Source of the DNA: Chitinivibrionales bacterium
Lineage (GTDB): Bacteria; Fibrobacterota; Chitinivibrionia; Chitinivibrionales; WJKA01
Length of the DNA: 64,000 nt
Reading direction: 5' to 3'
Assembly: GCA_038247415.1 (NCBI GenBank)
Contig: JBBRUX010000001.1
Location: 77,445 to 141,444 of the forward strand
Numbering within the stretch: position 1 is the stretch's first letter; each line of letters begins with the position of its first letter. A model generated the notes under the pieces. The model did not search any database. It had not been told where the DNA came from and saw only the letters and a program-made list of their open reading frames with translations. Made by a program: the position numbers and the translations under genes. This document shows positions 12,681 to 23,313 of the stretch, in pieces.

Positions 12681-15206
12681 CTAATTCTTAGCTTGATTAA
12701 TAGTAATTACCAGCGTAGCCACGATAGCAAGAACCGATGCAATTTTGAATACAGCTTCAACCGAATCCATAAATGTTTTAAAATTATTCTTGAATTGAAT
12801 TCGTTGAGGAACAACAAGAACGTCCCCGGGATTAAGCCTGGTTCCCAACACGCGCACATTATGATTGGTAATTATTCCACCATTCGCTCTAAAAATGTAA
12901 ATGTTTTTCTTATCGGCAGTTGTCGTTACGCCCCCTGTTAAATCTAGAAAATGTTGAGCATCGCAATTGTCGGGTTCGTACTTAAAGGTAGAGGGATTAT
13001 ATACTTCTCCAATTACAGAAACCGTTCCGGCCAGTTTGGGAACATACAACACATCCCCTTCTTCTAAATTAAGATTTTGAAAACTTTGAGGATTCGTGAG
13101 GTCGATGACTATCCGTCCGGTTGGCGCTGTTGTTTTGAGCTTTTCAAGCATCATCTGCTGCTGCTCTAAAAGCTGTTGAGCATCGCCAACTTGTTGATTT
13201 TTAGCAGCCATTTCGGTTGTCATACGTACTGCATCGAGCTGCAATTTTGAAACGTATTCGTCAACACGCTTAATCTCAAGTTCCTGTACCGAGGGCCGGG
13301 TAAGGATTGCTGCTGGCAAATAGGCATCGTCCGCAAATCCACCGCCTCGTTTTATAAGATCTCCTAAATTTTCGCCTTCTAAGATTACATAGGTACCAGG
13401 ATACGTAAAAGCACCTTTGAGGACAATTTTTTTCTGCTCTTGCCAACCTTTTTTAGAGCGGATAAAAACATTATCCATTTTCTTGAGCTCCAGATTATCC
13501 TTCTCGCTATTAGCGATGGCACATTGAACGCAAAAATCTATTTTTTCGGTAATAACTTTTTCGCCTTGAAAGTTACGACGATACAATTCCCCTCTTTCGG
13601 GGCTTGCATCATCACGCAATCCTCCGGCGCTAATGATAAGATCTCGCACAGTCATATTCTCAAGCAACGGCCATTGACCAGGACTATTAATGGCCCCATC
13701 GATAGTTACGCGCCTATCGGGCTCGAAAAAATCTCTATTATATATAATGACTTCATCCTGAGGGATTAAAGCAAAGTTATCGGTGGAAGCCTTATTGTCA
13801 AGAGCAAGGCGCAAATTAAAGGGAATAATCGACTCGCGAAAATCGGGCGCCAATTGACGACGGATAGTTGCATACCCAAAGTAGGTTTCTGACTGTAATC
13901 CTTCGTAACCTCCCACGATGTCAAAAATCTTCATTCCTTCTTTGAATTCGTATTTCCCTGGTCTCACTACATTTCCTGTTAAATAAACAGCATTCTTATC
14001 TTTGATCAGTACCGGAAAAATCTTGACTATATCGGCATCAAAAACTGGCGTCTCGGGAAGATCTTTCGCCGACTCAAGATTCAAATCGAGCACCATTTGA
14101 TACTGATTTTCGGCAAACCGTTCAATCTGAATTCTATTCACCCATCCCGCTGCAGTAATCCCCCCTGCCAAGCCAATAAGTTCTTTGAGTGTTGTTTTTG
14201 GCTTAAGCTCATAGAGCGCACTTCTACGCACACCACCTGCGATAGCCGCCATATTTTTAATAACCCCCACCGAAATAACATCACCCGATTTTAGCCGGAT
14301 ATCGCTGAAGTTATTGCCATTCATAAGGAAATCATAAAAGTCGACATTGGCCAGTACTGCGCCATTTCTCTTGACAACAATAGTACGAAGCGATCCATTA
14401 ATGGTAGGTCCGCCTGCAGCAAACAGAGCATTAGTAACATTGGTGAGTGCCCCAACCGTATAAAGCCCGGGCGATTTAACTTCGCCAACAACATAAATCT
14501 GCATAGAACGCAGGTCTCCCATAGTAACGGATGCCTGCACACCTTCGATAGCCTGGACACGATCGAGAATTGTCTTTTGCATTGCACTAAAGGGGAGACC
14601 AGAAACAGGAATGAGCCCTAAATGAGGGATATTAATTTTTCCGTCGCGGTCAACCTTAACCCGATATTCTTCATTCATGCGACCCCAGAGCGTAACAATA
14701 ATTTCATCGCTCACCGATACCACATACGCCGTAGGAACAGAAACATCATTTGAGGGAGAAAACGTTGACGGTGCAAGCTTTTCAAAGACATCGTAGCCAA
14801 ACACTTTGATTGTTTTAAGAATGCTATCTGGGTTTACAATATCACCGCGAATAATACTTTGATACGTAGACAGTGTTTGAGATGAGGGCGCTTTAGTCGA
14901 ATCTTTCATCTCCAGCATTTTCTTGTCTAGTGAATCTGATTCGGCTATTGTTTTGCGGCTGACTAGAGCCGATGATGACTTGTTTTGATTTGCAGAACCA
15001 GAACGCGCAGCATAATCGGAGTAGGCCTTTGCCATTGCTGGATCGGAGGACCCTTGATTGTGCTGAGCAAGATAGCGCTTCACCATCTCATTAGAAGGTG
15101 CTGTTTGCGCACGGGATGCGCTACTACTCGCAACAATAAGCACGCCTGCAAAAAGCACTGTTTTAATGTACCGCTGTTGTGATCTTACCTGTTCGAATAC
15201 GCTCAT
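12681..15206 (-). CDS. Polysaccharide export protein (Wza/KpsD-like) with repeated SLBB domains
   Basis: FGYDVF, poly_export region (VDRDGKINIPHLG), repeated VVGEVKSPG/GNVVRPG/GEVYNP SLBB units; ATGA overlap with ftsE. Confidence 0.88.
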   Translation of the reverse strand: MSVFEQVRSQQRYIKTVLFAGVLIVASSSASRAQTAPSNEMVKRYLAQHNQGSSDPAMAKAYSDYAARSGSANQNKSSSALVSRKTIAESDSLDKKMLEMKDSTKAPSSQTLSTYQSIIRGDIVNPDSILKTIKVFGYDVFEKLAPSTFSPSNDVSVPTAYVVSVSDEIIVTLWGRMNEEYRVKVDRDGKINIPHLGLIPVSGLPFSAMQKTILDRVQAIEGVQASVTMGDLRSMQIYVVGEVKSPGLYTVGALTNVTNALFAAGGPTINGSLRTIVVKRNGAVLANVDFYDFLMNGNNFSDIRLKSGDVISVGVIKNMAAIAGGVRRSALYELKPKTTLKELIGLAGGITAAGWVNRIQIERFAENQYQMVLDLNLESAKDLPETPVFDADIVKIFPVLIKDKNAVYLTGNVVRPGKYEFKEGMKIFDIVGGYEGLQSETYFGYATIRRQLAPDFRESIIPFNLRLALDNKASTDNFALIPQDEVIIYNRDFFEPDRRVTIDGAINSPGQWPLLENMTVRDLIISAGGLRDDASPERGELYRRNFQGEKVITEKIDFCVQCAIANSEKDNLELKKMDNVFIRSKKGWQEQKKIVLKGAFTYPGTYVILEGENLGDLIKRGGGFADDAYLPAAILTRPSVQELEIKRVDEYVSKLQLDAVRMTTEMAAKNQQVGDAQQLLEQQQMMLEKLKTTAPTGRIVIDLTNPQSFQNLNLEEGDVLYVPKLAGTVSVIGEVYNPSTFKYEPDNCDAQHFLDLTGGVTTTADKKNIYIFRANGGIITNHNVRVLGTRLNPGDVLVVPQRIQFKNNFKTFMDSVEAVFKIASVLAIVATLVITINQAKN

Positions 15207-15904
15207 GATACCCCAATCCCCCATGCTTTTGGTTTAGCCAATCGTTCACTTCCGCAAACAAGACGACCTTTGTCCATAACAAGATGACGATAATGATGTT
15301 GACGAACAATAGAAAGATCATGCGTAGACATGATTACTGTTGTTCCCCAGCTATTAATAGTTTTTAAAAGTGACAAAATCTCCTGCGACAAAGCGCTATC
15401 GAGATTTCCTGTGGGTTCATCGGCCATAACCACCCACGGGTCGTTGACAATAGAGCGTGCTATGCAAACACGTTGCTGCTCCCCGCCAGAAAGCTGCGCC
15501 GGGTAATACGATCGTTTATGCGACAAGCCCGTTTGAGCCAGAACCTCAAAAACCTTACGCTTCACAACGCGATCGTGTTCCCCCGTAACTCGCAGAGGAA
15601 ATGCAACATTTTCAAAGACATCTCGATCGGAAAGAAGCTTGAAATCCTGAAACACAATGCCAAGTTTTCGCCGCAAAAAAGGAATATGCCGTGGCCGCAC
15701 ATAGCGAGATTCGGTTCCACAGGCAACAACCTGCCCGCTTGTTGGCTTTTCTTCCATGTAAATATGTTTAAGTAAGGTAGTTTTTCCGGCGCCACTAGCT
15801 CCCGTTAAAAAAACAAACTCGCCTTTGTCAATAAAAAAAGAGACATCGTCAAGTGCTGTAAATTTTCCATCGTAGATTTTACTGACGTGCGAAAATTGAA
15901 TCAT
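15203..15904 (-). CDS. ftsE: Cell division ATP-binding protein FtsE
   Basis: GEFVFLTGASGAGKTT, IPFLRRKLGIVFQDFKLL, LSGGEQQRV, ADEPTGNLD. Confidence 0.85.
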   Translation of the reverse strand: MIQFSHVSKIYDGKFTALDDVSFFIDKGEFVFLTGASGAGKTTLLKHIYMEEKPTSGQVVACGTESRYVRPRHIPFLRRKLGIVFQDFKLLSDRDVFENVAFPLRVTGEHDRVVKRKVFEVLAQTGLSHKRSYYPAQLSGGEQQRVCIARSIVNDPWVVMADEPTGNLDSALSQEILSLLKTINSWGTTVIMSTHDLSIVRQHHYRHLVMDKGRLVCGSERLAKPKAWGIGVS

Positions 15905-16695
15905 GGCTTATTTTTTTTCCGCACAACAAAATGAACACGCTCGGAATTACTATTACATGGCTTCATGGTATATCCATCAAACACACCCAAAACCTCAAAC
16001 AGCGCAGGATCCAGAGTCGACTCTATATGCCGAATGTCAAAAACATGCTGGATGTGATGTTCATCGAAACGCTCATAGGTATTGGTATTTTCTATTTTCT
16101 TGAATATAGAAAATTCGTTGTGTTGTGTTGCATCAGGTTTTCTAAAATAGCTATGGCGTATATAATAAAAATCGCCGTAATCTTCGTAATCGAGAAAATC
16201 GTCGAAATTTTTTTGAGAATTTACCGCAGTCGTAACATCGAATATAAAAACAGCCCCGGGTTTTAATATCGCATATATTTTGGCAAACATCCGTTGGTAT
16301 TCATCGAGCGATTGCAAATAATTTATGCCATCATACAAAAACAAGATTACGTCAAACTCACCGATAAACGCTGGATTTAGAGCATCGACACACACGATGG
16401 GAACACCACGAGACTTGGCCACCTGACACATTGACAAAGACAAGTCTGAACCAAGATACCGATACTGCTTAGCAACTAAATGGGAACCAAGTAGACCCGT
16501 GCCGCATCCAAGTTCCAAAATACGTGGGTCACGACAAGCGCCAAATCGGCGATTGATATTTTCGATATGCGCCGACCAACCAGCATAATCTACATGCCGC
16601 ATTATACGATCATAGATACATGCTAATGATTGATATTCACAACCATTGCTTGATTGTTTGCATGCCAAACGCTCTGACATAGGACGAACAGCCAT
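15901..16695 (-). CDS. Class I SAM-dependent methyltransferase
   Basis: LELGCGTG, DLSLSM, DGINYL, LKPGAVFIFD. Confidence 0.88.
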   Translation of the reverse strand: MAVRPMSERLACKQSSNGCEYQSLACIYDRIMRHVDYAGWSAHIENINRRFGACRDPRILELGCGTGLLGSHLVAKQYRYLGSDLSLSMCQVAKSRGVPIVCVDALNPAFIGEFDVILFLYDGINYLQSLDEYQRMFAKIYAILKPGAVFIFDVTTAVNSQKNFDDFLDYEDYGDFYYIRHSYFRKPDATQHNEFSIFKKIENTNTYERFDEHHIQHVFDIRHIESTLDPALFEVLGVFDGYTMKPCNSNSERVHFVVRKKNKP

Positions 16696-16716
16696 GATTT
16701 TCCTGACAGAGAAACA

Positions 16717-18018
16717 TTAAAGCCGAATGTCTACGTATACTTCGGCACGCCATTTTGTAACAAGCGACTGAAGCTTTTTCTGAGTTGCTATATCTTTGGC
16801 TTTTTCTGCGAGTTTGTCGTAATCATCGATAAGAGTAAACGGCCGATCTTCGTTACGATCGTTAATTCGAAAAACGGCAAAGGTAGTATTTTCTGCTGCA
16901 ATAGGAGTGATCCCGCCAATCGAAAGCGTATCAACCATCTGCTGCAATGCTTCGGGAAGTGCAAACAAGGAAATCCACCCCAAATCTCCCTTAGTTGCCT
17001 TAAGTGCATTGTCTGTTGATAAAAGGGCTACTGCTTTTTCAAAGTCTGCCGCTGTTTTTGCGCTTACGCGAACCGAGTCGAGTCGAGCCTGCACTACTGC
17101 TAACGATTGTGCAGAAGGTGCTACTGCACAATATACCTGTCGCACATGAACTTTGTCCCCTTTTTTCTCTTCGACGGTAATAAAATGAAATCCCATGCGC
17201 GTCTCAAACACGTCGCTTACCGTTCCCACCTCAAGGGCAAATGCCTTTTGCTCAAATGTTAATTCTCCCAGTGTTCCCTTACCCACAAACCCTAGATCCC
17301 CACCTTCTGCTGCATTGGGGTCTTCGGAATAGTGCTTTGCAAGATCGATAAACTTTTCCCCTTTGTCGATCCGCTGGCGAATCGCCGCAATTTTCTGATA
17401 CGCTGCTTCCCGTGTGGCTTGCGTTGGCGAAACCGTAATTTGTAGCTTCCCCAGGCGCACACTTTTACCAGCTTTAGGCAGGCTATCTTTATAGGTTGTA
17501 TAAAACAATTCAACTTCCTTGCGCGATATCGACCCGAGCATCGCATATTTTTGCATCATTTTTTGTTTCAGCAGCTGTTCACGAAGCCCTTTGCGCATCT
17601 GCGACTTAAAAAGCGCAAGTGTCATACCTGGTTGATTTTTGGCAATTTCTTCTGAAAGCTGTTCGAGTGTCAAATTGTTTTCTTTTAAGATACCAGACAT
17701 CTGACGGCTCACGGCATCTTCGACATCGGCATTAGACACCGAAATAGTAGTGTCTTTTTCTGCTTTAACAATAAGAACTTTTCCATCGATGAGTTCATTG
17801 AGAAATACTTTACGTAATGAGTCTAATTTGGAGGAATCGGGTGCAGTTTCCATTTTTCCCAGACGCATAGTTGTGTAGGCATCGAGCTCAGAAGATACTA
17901 TTGCCGAATCACCTACAACGGCGATAACCCCTTCTAATCGCGTAAGCGCACTTACAGATGATATGCCCCCTGCCAATAAACACAACACTAATACAAAAGC
18001 CTTTCGACGATGCAGCAT
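16717..18018 (-). CDS. surA: SurA-like periplasmic chaperone/PPIase
   Basis: Signal peptide, VIAVVGDSAIVSSE, parvulin motifs FIDLAKHYSED..GGDLG and KGDLGW. Confidence 0.85.
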   Translation of the reverse strand: MLHRRKAFVLVLCLLAGGISSVSALTRLEGVIAVVGDSAIVSSELDAYTTMRLGKMETAPDSSKLDSLRKVFLNELIDGKVLIVKAEKDTTISVSNADVEDAVSRQMSGILKENNLTLEQLSEEIAKNQPGMTLALFKSQMRKGLREQLLKQKMMQKYAMLGSISRKEVELFYTTYKDSLPKAGKSVRLGKLQITVSPTQATREAAYQKIAAIRQRIDKGEKFIDLAKHYSEDPNAAEGGDLGFVGKGTLGELTFEQKAFALEVGTVSDVFETRMGFHFITVEEKKGDKVHVRQVYCAVAPSAQSLAVVQARLDSVRVSAKTAADFEKAVALLSTDNALKATKGDLGWISLFALPEALQQMVDTLSIGGITPIAAENTTFAVFRINDRNEDRPFTLIDDYDKLAEKAKDIATQKKLQSLVTKWRAEVYVDIRL

Positions 18019-18050
18019 AAGACCCTTTCGCTCTCTATTTCATACTTTCA

Positions 18051-18965
18051 TTATTCGGATGAAACCGTGTCGGTGTGTACCGCATGTAAAGATGATGAAT
18101 CAACAACGGCAGGGATTGAAACTGGTTGCGTTTGTCCCGTAATCCCAGAAAAATCAAACTCAACGTTAACTTTCATACGTAAATCTGCCAACAGTGCTTC
18201 CATACTTGATGTCTGATCTTGGGTTGAAAGCTGGCCTTTAATTTCCACCTCACATTCTGCAAATGATTTAACGCTTCCTTTTTTCGGCTTATCAAGAATG
18301 CGAAAAATGGAAACTCCCTCGGCAGTTTGTATAGGACTTGTGGTGCCATCAACTCTAATCTGACTGACGACTATTCTAATTTCTTCGGGAAGATCATCGA
18401 GTGCTACATACTGAGCTTTGTCGGGCTCACATGCAGGCTTTTTGGAATACTTCGTTGCAAGGGCATAAAAATTGTCGAGTGTAACTTGGTTACGAACAAT
18501 CCAGGCTGTTTTCATATCTGCAACAGTAATCTCGCAAAAACGAATCATGTCTCGATCACGCGTAAATTGTTCTTTATTGTTTGTATAGTACTCTTTTATT
18601 TGATCGTCGGAAACAGTCGTGGTAACCGGGGTTATCGAACTGCGACTAATAATTTCTGCGCAAAAAAGATCTTCCCGCATTTTTTCGAGGCGAGCTTGAA
18701 TATTTTTATCTTTGTCGATCTTTTGCCGCAGCGCTTCTTGAAAAAGAATCTGGTTATCGATCCACTGCTTGACAATAGTAATTTTGTGATCGCGCGTTGC
18801 GGATGCTACATAATCTTTGGGGAGGAGTTTTTCTAAATTTTCTAACGTGAGGACAGCACTACCCACGCGTGCAATGACCGGAGAGGTGGGATTTTTCTGA
18901 CAGCCAATAAGATAAGAGACAAGAATTCCGATTGCAAGTATTGCGATATACTTTTTTGAATGCAC
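18051..18965 (-). CDS. PpiC-type foldase lipoprotein
   Basis: Lipobox LIGC, VIARVG, DDQIKEYY, FYALATKYS; start GTG 18965 chosen. Confidence 0.75.
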   Translation of the reverse strand: MHSKKYIAILAIGILVSYLIGCQKNPTSPVIARVGSAVLTLENLEKLLPKDYVASATRDHKITIVKQWIDNQILFQEALRQKIDKDKNIQARLEKMREDLFCAEIISRSSITPVTTTVSDDQIKEYYTNNKEQFTRDRDMIRFCEITVADMKTAWIVRNQVTLDNFYALATKYSKKPACEPDKAQYVALDDLPEEIRIVVSQIRVDGTTSPIQTAEGVSIFRILDKPKKGSVKSFAECEVEIKGQLSTQDQTSSMEALLADLRMKVNVEFDFSGITGQTQPVSIPAVVDSSSLHAVHTDTVSSE

Positions 18966-19078
18966 ACCACAGCCTTTCAAGAACTTGATTAAGCAAAAAT
19001 ATCCCACAACACTAGATAATAAAGATATATGATTTACCTGGCAAAGTCCATGTTATATCATGAGATACGAATCAAAAT

Positions 19079-22000
19079 CTAAGTAACAGGGTTTTTTGCA
19101 TGCAATTCAGCAAGAATTTGTGCAACCTCGATAGTACGGTTAAAATGCTCTTTTTCTGCACAGGTGAATCGAATACCAAGCGGTATTTCATTAATCATTG
19201 AAAATGGTCGGTCGATGAGGCCCAATAACGAAGTGATGAGAGCTTGAACCCGATCTCCCTCAAGAGCGCTGCAAAGCGTGCACTCGCCCATAACAGAGAG
19301 GGAAACAGTACAAAATCCCGTGACAGCAGCCAGAACTTTTATCCGACAATGGAGCAAAAGTGATACAACCGCATGGGGAAGAGGCCCAAAGCGATCTATG
19401 AGCGAGCGTTCTATATCAACAAGATCCTGAAGTGATGCAGCCGTTGACAAATCCTGATACACCCCAACGCGAACAGCTCCATCTGCTATATAGTCGGGAG
19501 GAAGAATAGCTTGCAGCGGAAGTTCGACTTTGACTTCTTGTGGTGGCTCAGCCACCTTTTCTCCCGAAATCTCCTTAACAGCCTCTGCTAAGAGCTTGCA
19601 ATACAAATCAAATCCAACGGCCGCCACAAAACCGCTCTGATGAATTCCCAGTAAGTTTCCCGCACCACGAATCTCAAGATCTCGCATTGCAATTTGGAAC
19701 CCCGAGCCCAATTCGGTAAACTGCTCGAGGGCGCGTAGTCGACGCAATGATTTTTCATCGATACGATTAAATTCGGTTGTTAAAAAATACGCCTGCGCTT
19801 GTTCACTTGATCGTCCAACACGCCCCCGCAACTGATACAACTGCGAAAGACCCAAGGCATCTGCGCGATTGACAATAATAGTATTTACATTTGAAATATC
19901 AAGGCCGTTTTCTATAATAACAGTTGACACAAGAACATCGAAATTTCCTGCGATAAACTGCGACATTACTGATTCAAGCTCATGTTCATGCATTTGACCA
20001 TGCGCCGAAAAGACCCTGGCCCGCGGACACAATTGTTCGATCCGGTCGCGCAGCAATTCGAGATTTTTAATGCGATTATGCACCACAAAAACTTGCCCCC
20101 CGCGGGAAAGCTCGTGATCGATTGCATTGCGGATAATTTCATCGGAATACTCTGCAACCACGGTTTCGACGGGTAGCCTATTACGAGGGGGTGTTGTGAT
20201 CATGGAGAGATCTCGGACCCCCATAAGCGACATATTAAGCGTTCGAGGAATAGGCGTTGCCGTCATGGAAAGGACATCTATTTTAGAGCGGAAATGTTTA
20301 AGTTTCTCTTTATGAGCAACGCCAAACTTTTGCTCTTCGTCAATAACCAACAATCCAATATTTTTAAATGCCACATCTGCAGATAGTATTCGATGTGTTC
20401 CTATCAGAATATTAAGAGTCCCTTCGGCAAGGGCCGCAAGCGCTTGTTTAACTTCACGCGAACTTTGAAAACGAGACAGTACTCCCATGCGAACAGGGAA
20501 ATTGCCCATGCGCGCCTTAAACGTTTCAAAATGTTGATTTGCGAGAATTGTTGTGGGGGCTAAGACAGCCACCTGGTAACCATCCATAACAGCTTTAAAG
20601 GCAGCGCGCATAGCCACTTCGGTTTTGCCAAATCCAACATCACCGCACACTAAGCGATCCATGGGGCGCAAAGATTCCATATCTTTTTTAACATCTTTTA
20701 TGGCGCTAAGCTGATCAACCGTTTCATCATAAATAAAGGAATCTTCGAACTCTTTTTGCCAAAAGGTATCTATAGAAAAGGCAATGCCTTTTTCGTGTTG
20801 ACGCTTTGCATATAAATCGATAAGCTCTTGAGCCATTTCATGAAGCGATTCTTTGGTGCGAGCCTTAAGCTTTTCCCACGCGCCACTACCAAGCTTAGAG
20901 AGTGTGGGAGGAGTTCCTTCTTTGCCAATATATTTCTGTACCTTGTGAAAATCGTCTACCGGAACAAAAAGTTTTGCCGAATCGGCAAAGAAAAGAACCA
21001 TGCAATCCTTGGCAATATCATTGGCGCAAACAGTTTCGATACCAACAAATCGCGCAATCCCGTGATCTACATGTACCACAAAATCTCCTGGAGACACAGC
21101 GTCAAATGCTGCAAGCGGAACGCCTCCACTAACCCGTTTTTTTTGACGCACTGCCCTATGAGGTCTTTCAAAGATCTGACCTTCGGTATACACCACTTGT
21201 TTGTTAACCGTATCAACATAGCCCTGATGAATGTAACCAAGCGCCAGTGAAACAAACGGGCACTCCTCGGATATCATTTCATAAAGTCGTTCTGCATTGC
21301 CAAGATTTTGTGCTACTATGGTAATCGCAGTTGCTTCCTGATGTCGTTTTTTAAGTTCCTCTACAAATAATTCGAGGTTGTGAGGTGTTGCGGGCTGGGG
21401 TAAAAAACCGCATTTGAATACATGCGGGGGTTGCACCTCGAGTGCAGTATCGATGTATACGCATGGAAACAAAGCCATTTCATCGACAATTCGATTGGCC
21501 GTTACCATAAGGGATTGCGGTGGCGATACAAGGGGAAGAAAAAGCGGGGGCACTCTTTCACAATGCCGGATATAGTTCTCTTTTGTTTCACCTACCCGTG
21601 TTCCAAGGGGAATGACATCGTCCCATACAATGGTTGTTGTTGACGGAAGATATTCAAATAGTGTTGCATAAGGCACAGCAAACCAATGCAAAAACCATTC
21701 TGCCCCATCCAGATCCCCCACTGTTTTCCATTGATGAAGCAAACGCATGTAGCCTTCTGTTTCGCCAAGGTTTGCTGCTACCATGGCAGCAAGCGCCCGA
21801 TCGTGGGCATCATCATCAAAACAAAATTCGTGCATGGGAAAGACTTCGAAGGTGGTACACGCCGAGCGCGATTTTTGTGTAAACACATCAAACTCCCGCA
21901 TCGACTCAATAGTATTCCCAAAAAATTCGATTCTGAGTGGGCCTTCGCTTAAGAGCGGATAGATATCGAATATTCCCCCACGAATTGCAAATGTCCCGAC

Positions 22001-22513
22001 ATCTGAAACGGCACTTTCTTTTCTAAATCCTATTTCGGTAAGCCAGGCGGCCAACGTGCTTTGCGATACGTCATCCCCAACAGTCAATCTTACAATACGA
22101 TTAAAAAGGTCTTTTGAAGGAACTAATTTTTGGACAAGGGAAGCCACCGGTGCTATATATATTTTTTTTTCGTTGTTTAAAAGAGACGAAAAAACTGCAA
22201 ATCGCGCCTCCGTAATGGGTCCAAAAACCGATTTCATCGAATACGGAATCGCATCACGCGAAGGGATAACGGCTACGAGATCTGCTGCAACAAACGATCG
22301 ACATTCATCGGCCAGAATTTCTGCACGGCGTGAAGAATCTACAATTACGAGAATCGGAGCTTCTAGTGAAGCAAAAAGATCGGCAATAAGATAGGCATCG
22401 CTTGCCCCTGCCATCCCACTAAAGAGTGCCTCGGAAGGTTTGATGATGCGATACGCATCTAAATGAGGAAATCGTGATGGTCGCCAAGTGGTTGCAAGAT
22501 GCGGAATGTTCAT
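19079..22513 (-). CDS. mfd: Transcription-repair coupling factor
   Basis: RGGIFDIYP, VVHVDHGIARF, CGDVGFGKTEVA, DEEQKFGV, TATPIPRTL, QLRGRVGRS. Confidence 0.97.
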   Translation of the reverse strand: MNIPHLATTWRPSRFPHLDAYRIIKPSEALFSGMAGASDAYLIADLFASLEAPILVIVDSSRRAEILADECRSFVAADLVAVIPSRDAIPYSMKSVFGPITEARFAVFSSLLNNEKKIYIAPVASLVQKLVPSKDLFNRIVRLTVGDDVSQSTLAAWLTEIGFRKESAVSDVGTFAIRGGIFDIYPLLSEGPLRIEFFGNTIESMREFDVFTQKSRSACTTFEVFPMHEFCFDDDAHDRALAAMVAANLGETEGYMRLLHQWKTVGDLDGAEWFLHWFAVPYATLFEYLPSTTTIVWDDVIPLGTRVGETKENYIRHCERVPPLFLPLVSPPQSLMVTANRIVDEMALFPCVYIDTALEVQPPHVFKCGFLPQPATPHNLELFVEELKKRHQEATAITIVAQNLGNAERLYEMISEECPFVSLALGYIHQGYVDTVNKQVVYTEGQIFERPHRAVRQKKRVSGGVPLAAFDAVSPGDFVVHVDHGIARFVGIETVCANDIAKDCMVLFFADSAKLFVPVDDFHKVQKYIGKEGTPPTLSKLGSGAWEKLKARTKESLHEMAQELIDLYAKRQHEKGIAFSIDTFWQKEFEDSFIYDETVDQLSAIKDVKKDMESLRPMDRLVCGDVGFGKTEVAMRAAFKAVMDGYQVAVLAPTTILANQHFETFKARMGNFPVRMGVLSRFQSSREVKQALAALAEGTLNILIGTHRILSADVAFKNIGLLVIDEEQKFGVAHKEKLKHFRSKIDVLSMTATPIPRTLNMSLMGVRDLSMITTPPRNRLPVETVVAEYSDEIIRNAIDHELSRGGQVFVVHNRIKNLELLRDRIEQLCPRARVFSAHGQMHEHELESVMSQFIAGNFDVLVSTVIIENGLDISNVNTIIVNRADALGLSQLYQLRGRVGRSSEQAQAYFLTTEFNRIDEKSLRRLRALEQFTELGSGFQIAMRDLEIRGAGNLLGIHQSGFVAAVGFDLYCKLLAEAVKEISGEKVAEPPQEVKVELPLQAILPPDYIADGAVRVGVYQDLSTAASLQDLVDIERSLIDRFGPLPHAVVSLLLHCRIKVLAAVTGFCTVSLSVMGECTLCSALEGDRVQALITSLLGLIDRPFSMINEIPLGIRFTCAEKEHFNRTIEVAQILAELHAKNPVT

Positions 22514-22540
22514 ACCATAATCTTTTCAGATAGGATTCTA

Positions 22541-23197
22541 TTAAATCAAAGAAATCAATTCGGAAAAATAGTCTATAGTAAAGGTCGGTTTGCAATTGAG
22601 ATCCTCAAGCGTAGAATAACTCCATTGCACAAAACAGGTGTCGGTACCCGCAGCATCACCACAATCGATATCAAAACTCGAATCTCCTATCATCAATGCA
22701 TCGGATGGATTTATTCCCATTTTAGAAAGAGCTAATAAAGCAGGCTGGGGATCTGGCTTATGTCGCTCTGTGCATTCTGGCGTAACGACAACATCAAAAA
22801 ATCCGGCGAGCCCTGTTTCTCCCAAATAAATATCCAAACTCTCGCGCCGCCGTGAAGTTACTATCCCTCTAGGTATCGAGGCATTCTTGAGTGCGCCCAA
22901 TAATTCATGTGCATGCGGATAGACGCGCAAATACTGTTTATATACAGTAAGTTGATAGCGCATATGTTCGTCCATAATGGTCTTGAGCTCGTGGGGTGAT
23001 GCGTGAGGAAAGAAAAAAGCCATGCTCGCATAAAGCGGTTGCCCGACCTGCCCAAAAATTTCATCGCGCGTTGCATTTCCATATCCAAAATGAGCAAGCG
23101 TATACCGAAACGCTTCATGAATGAGCGAAATCGTATCGATGAGGGTGCCATCTACATCAAAGAGAAATGCCTTGTATTTCTTTTGAACTGGTATCAC
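22541..23197 (-). CDS. HAD-IA family hydrolase (PpaX-like)
   Basis: LFDVDGTLID, VTS, HKPDP, MIGDSSFD; start uncertain (GTG 23197 chosen). Confidence 0.85.
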   Translation of the reverse strand: MIPVQKKYKAFLFDVDGTLIDTISLIHEAFRYTLAHFGYGNATRDEIFGQVGQPLYASMAFFFPHASPHELKTIMDEHMRYQLTVYKQYLRVYPHAHELLGALKNASIPRGIVTSRRRESLDIYLGETGLAGFFDVVVTPECTERHKPDPQPALLALSKMGINPSDALMIGDSSFDIDCGDAAGTDTCFVQWSYSTLEDLNCKPTFTIDYFSELISLI

Positions 23198-23313
23198 AAA
23201 AAATTGCCTTTTACGTACACTACGAGCTCCCCGGTATACAAAAAAGACGGTGGCATAGAATAGAACCAGTACCACCGTTTTACCGATACAACGTTATCTG
23301 TCAATACTACCGT

